A stretch of DNA of 64,000 nucleotides from a virus, in IMG/VR virus record IMGVR_UViG_3300029267_002792; one strand, 5' to 3'. Position 1 is the first letter of the stretch, and each line of letters starts with the position of its first letter. Shown in pieces: positions 53,616 through 63,427 of the stretch. The notes below the pieces were generated by a model that searched no databases, had not been told where the DNA came from, and was given only the letters and a program-made list of their open reading frames with translations. A program made the translations under genes and the position numbers.

Positions 53616-56195
53616 CTATGAATCCAAGGTTTTCTGCTGAAAGCGGAATCGGATAAATTCTGCAGGCTTGTTCGGAGCAATCCCGACGTCAATGATCACC
53701 TGACCAGCGTCGATCGACGCCTGGCTGTTGTTGGACTCGTCCACCGTGACAAAGAACGCCTGGGAGGGCGTCGTTCCGGCGAATAGGCCATCGTTGAAGA
53801 GATTGGTGAGGAATGCCTGGAGCTGCGCCTTGATCCGCGCCCAGAGCCCCGAACCATTGTTCTCGAAGACGATCCAGTGCGTCGAGTTGTACACGGACTT
53901 CTCGACGAACATGAACAGACGCCGGGCGTTGATGTACCGCCACTCGGACTGCAACGACAGCGTCCGAGCACCCCAGACAGCGAGGCCGGTCTGCGGTCCG
54001 GACACGAGGGGGTTGATCCTCGCGGGGTAAACCGTGTCGCGCTCCCCCTGGCTGATCGAGTCGATCTCCAGGCCAGAGAGGAAACTCAGCGCGCCATCCA
54101 CCGTCCCTGCCGGGACCTTGCCCACGTTTCGGTTCGTGTCCGTGCGAGCATAGATGCCTGCCAAATGTCCAAGAGGTGGGAACACGACCGGACGGTTGTC
54201 CGCCAACGGGTCCGCAACCTTCACCCACGGCCAGTAGATAGCCGCGAACTTGGAGTACTGCCCCACGTCGAGCCGCACGAAGTCCACCGCCTCCTGCGCC
54301 GACGAGCCCTGCGGCACCATGAGGATGGCAAAGCGATCACCACCAGAAGGGAGTGTCTCGCGGCTGTCCACATAGTCGAGCAGGTCCTTCGTGATCTGCA
54401 CGTCCCCTGCGAAATCGGGGATGATCACCTGCATCAGCTCTTCGATCTTGTTCAAGGCGTACAGGCCCTGGAAGTTTGGCTCCAAGGTGATCGCCGTGAA
54501 CTGGCTCCGACCGTAGTTGGTAGCGTCAAAGGTGCCGTCCGCACCCCCTGCGAACCCATCTAGGTGGCTGTCCTCCTCGGAAACCGACCGATACGTCGCA
54601 GACACGAGCTGATCCTGATCAATCGCATTCGACAGAAGCACGTCGATCGCGCCCGTGGTGTAGTCGATGGTGTTGTTCCCGGCGGCGTCCACATCACCGA
54701 TCAGGTTCCCTGAACCATCGTCCGTGATGGTCCGGGTCGTGCTCGTGGTGTCAGTCCAAGACAGACTGAACGAACGAGGAACGAGTGGGACGTCGAGGAG
54801 CGTGGTCGCGATAGCTCGATTCGCAGCCAACTCGTCGCCGGCAGCGACGACCTGACTCCGAGACTCACCATTGAGCTGCTGCGGCCCCTCAGCGTTGAGT
54901 GCTGGCTCAACCACGTTCACGAGGTCGGACAAGTCATTGAGCACATCGGGGAAGTACTGCGCCGAAGTCGCGTCCGTAAACGTGATCTCCTCGTAGGTCT
55001 CCTTGATGTCGTAGAGATTGGTCAACGAGTTGAGTAGCCGGACGTTGATGTTGAAGCGGGTGTAGGTATCAGTCGCAACCGTGTAGTAGTCGTCGTTCCC
55101 GATCACCTCAATCCGCATGTCGTTAGCCCACGCACCGACCGAGATCGGATCGATGTCCCAGGCCTGAATGTCGTAGTCACAGAGAACCGGGCAAGCCGTT
55201 CCGGGCTCGTACCCAGCCGCCGTGGTGAACGTGTAGTTACCAGCCGTGGCTCCCACGTAGTCGACGGAGCCCGCCGCAGTGAGGATCGGCCCGACGTCGG
55301 GGATGGCACCGCTGCCGTCGTCGGAGATTGACCGTACGTCCGTGCCGGGCGTGTAGTCGAGGGTGATGTTGGTCCCGTCTCCAGCGAGCACCGGAACCTC
55401 GGTACCGCCAAAGGTGACGACGAGGAATCCGGAAATGAGATCGAGAGTGGCCACCGTGCCTTGCGCGGATGTCCCGCTCGCGCGCATGGTCGTGCCGACC
55501 TGCGTCAGGTTGAGGGTCGTCGGCGTGGCACCATCCGGGTCCCAATTCAGGGTGATAGTGCCACCAGGAATGATGCTTGGAAGAGCCGAATCGACACCGT
55601 CAGAAGGCATCGACGTAACAACGCGGCCCTCGTAATGGTGACTCGGGTGCCCAACGGAATCCTGGACAAGCGCGGTCACACCGTCCCGCTCGAACAGGTT
55701 CTCAGTCGCTACCGGAGTATCATCCGAACGCCACCGGAAGGTGACACCAGCCGAACCCGGCTCCGCCACAAGGTCCGTGATCAGGGCAACCGGCGTGAGC
55801 ACGGCCTGAGTGACCGTCGCCGTGGCACCATCACCGGTGTTGCATTGGAAATCTCTCCGAGCACTGGTGACCTGACCTTTGTCGTAAGCCGAGGGAGCAC
55901 CCGACTGGTCGGTCCCGGCCTCCACCGCGTCTCCGGGCATCACCCGGACGACATAGGCTCGGCGTCCACCATTGGCGAAGAACGCGGCCATGGAGAGACC
56001 GGTTCTTGACTCCGCAATGAGATCGCCGAAGATGCTGATGAATTGTCCGAACGAGGTGACCAGGATCGCTTCGTCCGTAGGTCCTCGCTGAGTTGCTCCA
56101 ACGATGCCCAAGTTCGACGTGGAAACCGGCTGCACGACCTGGACGGCACTCGGCACCTCTTCTACGAACACACCGGGCGATAGTATTTCGGCCAT
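53616..56195 (-). CDS. gp18: Tail sheath protein (T4 gp18-like, 859 aa)
   Basis: LSPGVFVEEV..GPTDE..LVTSF; C-terminal A.YWPW..PP.GH.AG.YARTD..ERD..YP..INP..WGARTL..YINARRLF..KPAEFI. Confidence 0.97.
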   Translation of the reverse strand: MAEILSPGVFVEEVPSAVQVVQPVSTSNLGIVGATQRGPTDEAILVTSFGQFISIFGDLIAESRTGLSMAAFFANGGRRAYVVRVMPGDAVEAGTDQSGAPSAYDKGQVTSARRDFQCNTGDGATATVTQAVLTPVALITDLVAEPGSAGVTFRWRSDDTPVATENLFERDGVTALVQDSVGHPSHHYEGRVVTSMPSDGVDSALPSIIPGGTITLNWDPDGATPTTLNLTQVGTTMRASGTSAQGTVATLDLISGFLVVTFGGTEVPVLAGDGTNITLDYTPGTDVRSISDDGSGAIPDVGPILTAAGSVDYVGATAGNYTFTTAAGYEPGTACPVLCDYDIQAWDIDPISVGAWANDMRIEVIGNDDYYTVATDTYTRFNINVRLLNSLTNLYDIKETYEEITFTDATSAQYFPDVLNDLSDLVNVVEPALNAEGPQQLNGESRSQVVAAGDELAANRAIATTLLDVPLVPRSFSLSWTDTTSTTRTITDDGSGNLIGDVDAAGNNTIDYTTGAIDVLLSNAIDQDQLVSATYRSVSEEDSHLDGFAGGADGTFDATNYGRSQFTAITLEPNFQGLYALNKIEELMQVIIPDFAGDVQITKDLLDYVDSRETLPSGGDRFAILMVPQGSSAQEAVDFVRLDVGQYSKFAAIYWPWVKVADPLADNRPVVFPPLGHLAGIYARTDTNRNVGKVPAGTVDGALSFLSGLEIDSISQGERDTVYPARINPLVSGPQTGLAVWGARTLSLQSEWRYINARRLFMFVEKSVYNSTHWIVFENNGSGLWARIKAQLQAFLTNLFNDGLFAGTTPSQAFFVTVDESNNSQASIDAGQVIIDVGIAPNKPAEFIRFRFQQKTLDS

Positions 56196-56220
56196 TGCCT
56201 AGTCCCTCCTAAGGGTCCAT

Positions 56221-56290
56221 CCCCGCATACTGCGAGTTCCCGCCACGTCGGACGAGCAGGCCTTGCGACCTTGCCGGCTGGAACACCGGT
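56221..56290 (-). ncRNA. Four-hairpin structured 5' leader, sheath copy
   Basis: ACCGG-N8-CCGG CA AGGTC-GCAA-GGCCT G CTCGTC/GGCGGG AA CTCGCA/TGCGGG, then GGAGG. Confidence 0.65.
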
Positions 56291-56325
56291 ACTAAGTTTT
56301 CAACACCACACCACCGGCGTGGTAG

Positions 56326-56700
56326 TTACTCCGACCCTTCGATCGCTTCCAGGATCTCCACCTTAGTCCAACTTGATGAGATCTCCAACCCCTTGGCCTG
56401 AGCATACTCGACAAGCCTGGCTTTTTTCCACTCCATGGTTGGAGACTCTACCGGTACAGGCTGCGATTGAGGTTTCACCGGAACCTGTACCTCCGGTACC
56501 GCCGGTGTTGGAGCCGGAACCGCCGCCGGCTTATCAGGGAGCCTGACAAGCAGATTCTTTCGCACACGAGAAAGGATGCTGGCCGATCGATCTTGTTCAG
56601 GTGTTACCGTGAGCACCTGCTTGGGAGCGACGATCGCCGACTCTCCGTTCCTCAGAGATACTGTGACAGGTCCACGAGTTCGATTGAAATACCTTGCCAT
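56326..56700 (-). CDS. Small protein with C-terminal HeH/Rho-N-like helical motif; paralog of 60655-61029
   Basis: PTMEWKKARLVEYAQAKGL....TKVEILEAI. Confidence 0.7.
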   Translation of the reverse strand: MARYFNRTRGPVTVSLRNGESAIVAPKQVLTVTPEQDRSASILSRVRKNLLVRLPDKPAAVPAPTPAVPEVQVPVKPQSQPVPVESPTMEWKKARLVEYAQAKGLEISSSWTKVEILEAIEGSE

Positions 56701-56702
56701 CG

Positions 56703-57533
56703 CTACAACACCTCAGACCGGAGAGTCGCTGCCGTTGCCGCCCGCCATACCACCGGATCGGACAAGTCAAGTTCTGCCTCGACCCGCAGCGTCACGGCGA
56801 ATCCTAGCACACGCTCCGTGATTTCGGGAACCTCATCCAGATGGGAAACAGCTTCCATGAACGCAGAATACTTCCGCTGGTCCCCAACGCTATCTTCCAC
56901 GAGGACTTGGCAGTAGGGAGGGTAGCGTCGGAGCACGTAGTCTAGAACCGCGTTCACCTGGTTTCGAGGGGACCCCGCAGCGTTCGTAAACCCGGTCGGA
57001 ACACCCTTCTTAGGGAGCGGTCCCTTTCCTCGGTGTCTCGCATAGATGGAGATCGTGTAAGTAATGTCGAACGGAACGCCCGTATCCTTGGTCTCGTACC
57101 GATCGAACCCCTCCAAGCGCATCTCCCCGAACGTGTCAGGATTCCGGACCACTGTCACCGGATTAGCTCCCTGCGCCGGAGCCTTCCACGACTTGTGCCC
57201 AGGGTGCCAGCGATTCATCGCTGGTGAAATATCATCTCTGCGAACAACAATCACCGGCTGTCGGTAGCGCTCGTAAACATCCTCCGGATGCGAAAACGTG
57301 ACAGGGATTCCGGGCAACCCGGGGGCCGGCTCCACCGGAACCATATCGCTCTGCGCGATGTAGTAGTTCGAGTGCGGCCCTTTCCCGGTGTCGACCTCGT
57401 GCACCTCGGCCCCGAGCGTCTCCACAACTCCGGCGTCGAAGTTACGCAGCCCTACAATTCCAGCTGGCGCCGTGCCTTGCTCACGTGAGCTTTCACCCGA
57501 AACCGGGATCTGCATGTCCCGCGTCATGAGCAC
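56703..57533 (-). CDS. Tail terminator/sheath stabiliser (gp15-like)
   Basis: IPVTFSHPE..P.I.V.R.DI.....R; VPFDITYTISIYAR; directly upstream of the sheath gene. Confidence 0.7.
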   Translation of the reverse strand: MLMTRDMQIPVSGESSREQGTAPAGIVGLRNFDAGVVETLGAEVHEVDTGKGPHSNYYIAQSDMVPVEPAPGLPGIPVTFSHPEDVYERYRQPVIVVRRDDISPAMNRWHPGHKSWKAPAQGANPVTVVRNPDTFGEMRLEGFDRYETKDTGVPFDITYTISIYARHRGKGPLPKKGVPTGFTNAAGSPRNQVNAVLDYVLRRYPPYCQVLVEDSVGDQRKYSAFMEAVSHLDEVPEITERVLGFAVTLRVEAELDLSDPVVWRAATAATLRSEVL

Positions 57534-57838
57534 ACCGCCTCAGCCATGAAATCCGCAAACCCGTAGTCCGCCGCCGCTACAAGCCAAGTCGCCATCACAT
57601 CGTAACTGACACGCCCTTCTGGGAAAGGCGGAAGCTCCCCTTCCTCACCCAGCAGATCGACCGCGTTGAACACAGCCTCGATAGCCACGGTATCTTTCAC
57701 CCCCGCGGCTACCAAGCGATCTACAACCGCGTCCAAATACCCGTCGAACGCTTCTTGAACGATGTGCTCCCGGCGGCGAATTTCTCGCGCCTGGCGTCGA
57801 GCTGCCGACCGCCGCACCGCCCTGGCTGCTCTGCTCAT
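57524..57838 (-). CDS. Hypothetical protein (104 aa)
   Basis: ATG at 57838 is coupled to the upstream stop. This is the real 3' part of the long track ORF 57524-58672. Confidence 0.6.
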   Translation of the reverse strand: MSRAARAVRRSAARRQAREIRRREHIVQEAFDGYLDAVVDRLVAAGVKDTVAIEAVFNAVDLLGEEGELPPFPEGRVSYDVMATWLVAAADYGFADFMAEAVCS

Positions 57839-58650
57839 CGCTGCCCCACTTGCAGGCCCAGTCTCTTTTGGAATGGCACGTACTTCCGCGCCTCCGCAAT
57901 AGTCGCAAAAGTCGGTGTCCTTCGCGGCCATCTCTCCCAGGCGCTGAAGCGCAGGTCGGTCATCGCTCTCGTAAACTCTCGTTTTCTGGCGATCATACCA
58001 GCTCCACCCCGGAGAGCCAACTTCAAGATCGCTCTCCGCCAGTGAGAGTGTGACCCCGAGCCGCCCAACCCGAACTCCAACCTCAATGACTCGAATGCCG
58101 TATCCGGAACCGCGGCCAGAGAGCCTACAGTTGGACCTACCGTGCGAATCCCAGCCCGAACCATCCTCCGACTCCACTCGGGCCGATCTCGTCGTCGCAA
58201 CCGTCGAACCCGCACGACCTCCCTGCGACTGACCCGGCGAGACACGACCTCGGAAGTTTTCGGGTCTGGCGCGTAGGGCATAGTGTCCAACGTCCACGGA
58301 CTGTAATCCTGAAGGATGGTCGTCTCCTCGGGTACAGCCATCATCAAGTGATCTCGCGCAGAAACGTAGACGACCGTGGTCTCCCCCTCCGCCTTCGCTA
58401 CCCCCCGCCCCTTCGGAATCGACCGAATGAGGTACCCATTCGCGGAGTCTGGAAGCCCGCGAATCGTCTGAACACGAAGCGAGTCTCGAAGCTCCTTCCG
58501 ATCTGGAGGCAAGTGCCCGAGTATGTCGTCGTGAACCTGGTTCACCGCTCGATAGAGGAACTGTCCCCGAACAGCTCGTGCCCGACGCTGCCATTCTTGC
58601 ACCAGCAGGTGTGCTTGATGGAACTGGGCCGTGTCGACCGTTATCTTCAC
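57835..58650 (-). CDS. Hypothetical neck-region protein (~271 aa)
   Basis: GTG start overlaps the upstream TGA. Confidence 0.6.
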   Translation of the reverse strand: MKITVDTAQFHQAHLLVQEWQRRARAVRGQFLYRAVNQVHDDILGHLPPDRKELRDSLRVQTIRGLPDSANGYLIRSIPKGRGVAKAEGETTVVYVSARDHLMMAVPEETTILQDYSPWTLDTMPYAPDPKTSEVVSRRVSRREVVRVRRLRRRDRPEWSRRMVRAGIRTVGPTVGSLAAVPDTAFESLRLEFGLGGSGSHSHWRRAILKLALRGGAGMIARKREFTRAMTDLRFSAWERWPRRTPTFATIAEARKYVPFQKRLGLQVGQR

Positions 58651-59117
58651 GTACGGCCCCGCTTGGCCGCATCCTCGGCCCACTCCATCTCAGTCTCGAC
58701 CATCACATCCACCAAGGAGGGCTTCTTCGGGCCGAAAAATTGCCTCTGAGACAGGCGCCCCAACTTCCGATCGATGAGATCAGCCACGCTCTCACCATTG
58801 AGAGAAAGACCCACTGGCTCGACCTCTCCGAGCATCTTGACGTGCTCGTCGCACATCCCGATAACACGCGGCTCCTCCCGAACTCTCACACCTTTGGTGG
58901 CCCGAGCCCCACACACGAAACACCACTGAGTGAAATCTCGAATCGGGCCGTCGTATTCTGGAAATGTAAGCGCAGCGAACGGAGAGCCACACGGCTTCGC
59001 TGCCGTACACTTTGACCCGGGAAGCCCGCGCTCTCGTCCCGCCCAGTACCGCCTGCATGTCGCACACACAATCGACACACCGCTCGCAATGGCCTGCCCT
59101 ACCCTCACCATGTCCAT
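58647..59117 (-). CDS. Cys-rich zinc-binding hypothetical protein (156 aa)
   Basis: CATC..C....C..CFVC..CDEH. Confidence 0.65.
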   Translation of the reverse strand: MDMVRVGQAIASGVSIVCATCRRYWAGRERGLPGSKCTAAKPCGSPFAALTFPEYDGPIRDFTQWCFVCGARATKGVRVREEPRVIGMCDEHVKMLGEVEPVGLSLNGESVADLIDRKLGRLSQRQFFGPKKPSLVDVMVETEMEWAEDAAKRGRT

Positions 59118-59130
59118 AAACGCACCCTCG

Positions 59131-59715
59131 TCAGCCGTCCAGGCGGCGCTCCGGCGTAAACTCCGTACGGCGGATGATGTTGATCGTCAGCCCAACAAAG
59201 TGATCCGAGTCCTGAACGTGCCCATCGTCGTCCACATTGATAACGTCAAAGAAATACCCGCCGTGGACCCCATGCTCTGCGTTGACCCCGTGCTCCGCAA
59301 AGAACTTGTTGTCCCAGTATTTGATGACGTCCCCTTCCAGCGGAGCCGGGGTACCGGTGTCCTCTAGCTCCTTGCGCGCGACCCAGATACTACCCTCCCA
59401 ACGGACGGTCATACCCTCCTCCCGCATCTGGGGAGAGCCTGGGATGTACGCCACGTACCCCTTGAACTTGTAAGGACCAAGCCAAACCCGATCGATCGGC
59501 TCGTCGTAAAGGGGATCACGAACCGTCTGTTCCAAATTCTGGTGCCAGAGCAGAATGTCCGTGCCAGAAGCCTGCGTATGCTCCTGCGCGAAGTGATCAA
59601 ACATCGTAGCGTCCCGGCCGTCGAGCGCGAATGGCCCGCACTTCTGAGGACCTCTCTTCTTCAGCGTAGCAAACTCACAACTGACGACCCCGGAGCACTT
59701 CTTTGTGACGGCCAT
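59131..59715 (-). CDS. Neck/head-closure protein (gp14-like)
   Basis: EHTQASGTDI......DPLYDEP..P.EGDVI; directly follows the gp13 homolog. Confidence 0.7.
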   Translation of the reverse strand: MAVTKKCSGVVSCEFATLKKRGPQKCGPFALDGRDATMFDHFAQEHTQASGTDILLWHQNLEQTVRDPLYDEPIDRVWLGPYKFKGYVAYIPGSPQMREEGMTVRWEGSIWVARKELEDTGTPAPLEGDVIKYWDNKFFAEHGVNAEHGVHGGYFFDVINVDDDGHVQDSDHFVGLTINIIRRTEFTPERRLDG

Positions 59716-59731
59716 TACCTACCCCTCGAAC

Positions 59732-60475
59732 TCACCCGGACACCAGCCCCATCGGATACCCGGCCCCCATGATCTCCTCCTCAAGACGCTCGATCTCCTC
59801 CTTAGCTTCATCGAGCAGTCGGTCCCAATTCAGAGTCGTCGTGCCCTGAGCACTCGGGTACTCACCGTACTTACCGCGGCTCCACCCTAAATCCTGCTGA
59901 GCCTTGGCTAGCGCGTACCTCTTGACCAGCTCATGGTCTCGCTCCTCCAGCTCCTCGATCTGCGTGAAATTGATCTTCGCCCAGACAATCAGCTTCCGGG
60001 AGTCCACAGGCGGCGGGGCGATGAAGAGCTTGTCGTTGACCTCGTACCACTCGAACTCAGCGCTCAAGATCCGCTTCGCCTGCTCGATGTACTGAAGCGC
60101 CTGCACGTAGCTGGAATAGAGACCGCCAGAGCCTCCGGAAGCGAACACGTCGTAGGGGATTTTCTCTTCGAGCAGCGTGAAAGGGGAAAAGATGAGCGAG
60201 AGGTCCAGTTTGTGTGTCTCATAGGCCACATCCAGAACGCGATCGATCTCGCTGTCCAGCTGGTACTCGACAACGCTGGATTGGGTTTGAATGGCGAAGA
60301 ACTTGGACACACCCTTCTTCGCAGCAAACCACCGAACCGCCATCTCCACAGCATCCTTGACGTGCTCTTGGCAGAGTTCGATATCCCAGAAGGGCGCACC
60401 GAGTCGACGGAGAATCCACTCGTACAGCTCCTCCCGGTCCATTAGCTTGTTTCCAGGCGGGCGAGCCATCACCAC
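59732..60475 (-). CDS. Neck/head-tail adaptor (gp13-like)
   Basis: LYEWILRRLGAP..IEL...VKDAV..A..W; VKRYALA.A...LG..RGKY. Confidence 0.85.
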   Translation of the reverse strand: MVMARPPGNKLMDREELYEWILRRLGAPFWDIELCQEHVKDAVEMAVRWFAAKKGVSKFFAIQTQSSVVEYQLDSEIDRVLDVAYETHKLDLSLIFSPFTLLEEKIPYDVFASGGSGGLYSSYVQALQYIEQAKRILSAEFEWYEVNDKLFIAPPPVDSRKLIVWAKINFTQIEELEERDHELVKRYALAKAQQDLGWSRGKYGEYPSAQGTTTLNWDRLLDEAKEEIERLEEEIMGAGYPMGLVSG

Positions 60476-60484
60476 CTCCCACGA

Positions 60485-60652
60485 TCAGGATAGCAGGACG
60501 TTGCCGCCACCTACAGTGTCGAGAAGCAGTTTTCGTCCCTGACCATCCCTGACCTCATCCAAACCGCACTTCGCGCAGCGAACTCGCTTGTCACCCTTCG
60601 AGCCAACCGTCTCGACCAGGACTCCCGGATTTCCACACTTTGGGCACTTCAT
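60485..60652 (-). CDS. Small zinc-ribbon protein (55 aa), not in the ORF track
   Basis: MKCPKCG...RVRCAKCG; exactly fills the gap and has a GAGGGG Shine-Dalgarno. Confidence 0.7.
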   Translation of the reverse strand: MKCPKCGNPGVLVETVGSKGDKRVRCAKCGLDEVRDGQGRKLLLDTVGGGNVLLS

Positions 60653-60654
60653 GG

Positions 60655-61606
<952 letters not shown>

Positions 61607-61617
61607 CGTCCCCTAAT

Positions 61618-61632
61618 GCGTCCAATGGACGT
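61618..61632. promoter_or_regulatory. Operator-like palindrome GCGTCCAATGGACGT
   Basis: 14/15 match; lies between a TGGTAGACT extended -10 and the Shine-Dalgarno of 61606. Confidence 0.6.
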
Positions 61633-61798
61633 AGTCTACCAGAATAAACAACCGTTTGCTCCCTACGAAGCTTGCAACCAGCGCCGCTCACATCTCCTTA
61701 GCGGGCGGGCTTTTCGCACGCGCACGGAGCACCCGAGATCGTGGCCAAGGCTCGCGCAGTCTAGGTGGAATTTCAGATGTGTGTGGAAGTACCTGTTA

Positions 61799-63289
61799 TT
61801 ACAGGTTATTCACGGTCAGCTGGCCATAAAAATCTGGCCGAAGCAGCTTCTTGGCGTACCGCGTGCGGAGACCCTTGCGGAAGCTGAAGTCCGATGGATC
61901 GAGGAAGGTCGGAGTGACCTGGAGTGGCACGTAGGGAGCCCAAACGAAGCCGCTCTCCAAGAAGGAGCCGCCCTTCAACCCGATCATCATCTTGTTGGTC
62001 GTGAAGAAGGGGTCTTCGTAAACGGTCCACTTGTTCATGAGCGTTCCGGTCTTGTAGATGGAGAACTGACCGTGGCTCGTCCTGGGCCGCATCATGATGT
62101 CGGTGGGCGAGTTCGGGTTCATGTCTCCCGACCAGATCGGCTTGAAGTCACCGTGTGTGGTCAGCTGGGTCAAGAGCGCCGAAATCTCGGGGCTCGTGAC
62201 GATCCAGTTGGCAGGCGCGCGGAGCGTCTTCTTGTGGATGAGATTCGAGACCGTGCTGATCTGCGTGATCATGGCACGCAAGTGGTCGATCTCGGAGATG
62301 CCACCCGGAGGGATGCGATCGAAGGTACCAGTCGTCCCGGTCGAGTTCAGGAACAGGTCCTGAATGATCTCACGGTCGATTTCCAGCGCAATCTCCTGCG
62401 CGATGATCGACACGATCTCGGTCTCGGCGTCGAGGCCGTGGAAAGCTCGGAGATCCTCCGCCGCCTCGGACGACCACAGGGCCTTGAGCCGACGCGGCTT
62501 GGCCTCCACGGGGGACTTCTTGACGTCGAGCTTGACCTCGGGGACCTTCGTGTTCAGCTCGCCGTCGAAGTAGTAGTACGCCTTGACCTGGTTGCCGGTG
62601 GCCGGCGGGTTCGTGAACAGGAAGCCGGTGATGGCACCGTTCGAGTAATTGATCGTGCCCGCAGTGACAGCACCAGTGAAACCACCGGACCCGTCGTCGG
62701 TGGCTTCCTGCACGGTCGCGCCAGCCGAAGACACCTCGCGAACGATGCACGAAAACCCACGAGTCGCGTCCAGTGGTCGAACTGGCGTCCAGGCGAGGTC
62801 GGCATCGAGCGGGGTGCCCGCACCACCGTAGTTGACGTTGTCTCCCGTGACCAGCGGTTCGCCGTTGACATACTCACTGGAGTAGTCCCGATCGAAATCC
62901 CGAGGGAAGACCGCACCCTCGGTCGTGCCGCCCTTGGTGGAGCCGTACACGTAATCTAGGAAGAAAACCGCGCCGATCGGAGCGGTCATCGGCTGGACGC
63001 TGACGATCTCGTTCGCGATCAGGTTGGGGAAAACTCTCCTCAACACCGGGAAAATGAACTTGGTGAACGAGCCGACGTTGACGGTCCTTGTCTCCTCCGT
63101 GAGAGACTGGAGCCACAGGGACTCGTTCTCCATGAGCATGGCCGTACACCCGAGGATGTACCGATCCTGCTCTGAATAGTCGGCGAGGCCCTCCAGGAAG
63201 TCTCCCCACTTCCGAATCAAGGCCCCGACGTAGCTCTGGTCGGCGATGGTTTGACGACCTTCTTCTTGAAGCATCTGTCGAGCTTCCAC
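61799..63289 (-). CDS. gp23: Major capsid protein (T4 gp23-like)
   Basis: FPVLRRVFPNLIANEIVSVQPMTAPIGAVFFLDY..RRLKALWSSEAAEDL..EIDREI..YVPLQ..F..RKGL.TRY. Confidence 0.98.
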   Translation of the reverse strand: MEARQMLQEEGRQTIADQSYVGALIRKWGDFLEGLADYSEQDRYILGCTAMLMENESLWLQSLTEETRTVNVGSFTKFIFPVLRRVFPNLIANEIVSVQPMTAPIGAVFFLDYVYGSTKGGTTEGAVFPRDFDRDYSSEYVNGEPLVTGDNVNYGGAGTPLDADLAWTPVRPLDATRGFSCIVREVSSAGATVQEATDDGSGGFTGAVTAGTINYSNGAITGFLFTNPPATGNQVKAYYYFDGELNTKVPEVKLDVKKSPVEAKPRRLKALWSSEAAEDLRAFHGLDAETEIVSIIAQEIALEIDREIIQDLFLNSTGTTGTFDRIPPGGISEIDHLRAMITQISTVSNLIHKKTLRAPANWIVTSPEISALLTQLTTHGDFKPIWSGDMNPNSPTDIMMRPRTSHGQFSIYKTGTLMNKWTVYEDPFFTTNKMMIGLKGGSFLESGFVWAPYVPLQVTPTFLDPSDFSFRKGLRTRYAKKLLRPDFYGQLTVNNL

Positions 63290-63308
63290 GGTTTGCCTCC
63301 GCCCCGAG

Positions 63309-63374
63309 TCCCGCTCTCACGGGTTCCTGTGTTCAACAGGCGAGGTGTCAACCTCTGCCGGTCGGGTATCCGGT
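63309..63374 (-). ncRNA. Four-hairpin structured 5' leader, capsid copy
   Basis: ACCGG-N8-CCGG CA GAGGT/ACCTC G CCTGT/ACAGG AA CCCGT-GAGA-GCGGG, then GGAGG. Confidence 0.7.
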
Positions 63375-63427
63375 CTGCTAGATCATTCTGTCACGGCGGA
63401 GCGTCGTTGCCCGCCAGAATCTCCCAC

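Noticed and set aside
57524-58672. 382-aa minus-strand ORF from the track
   Set aside because: Its 5' three-quarters is an Arg/Ser/Gly-rich off-frame overlap with the 57835-58650 gene. Only the part from ATG 57838 looks like real protein.
61616-62959. 447-aa plus-strand ORF
   Set aside because: Antisense to the clearly identified major capsid gene, and it would run across the intergenic regulatory region.
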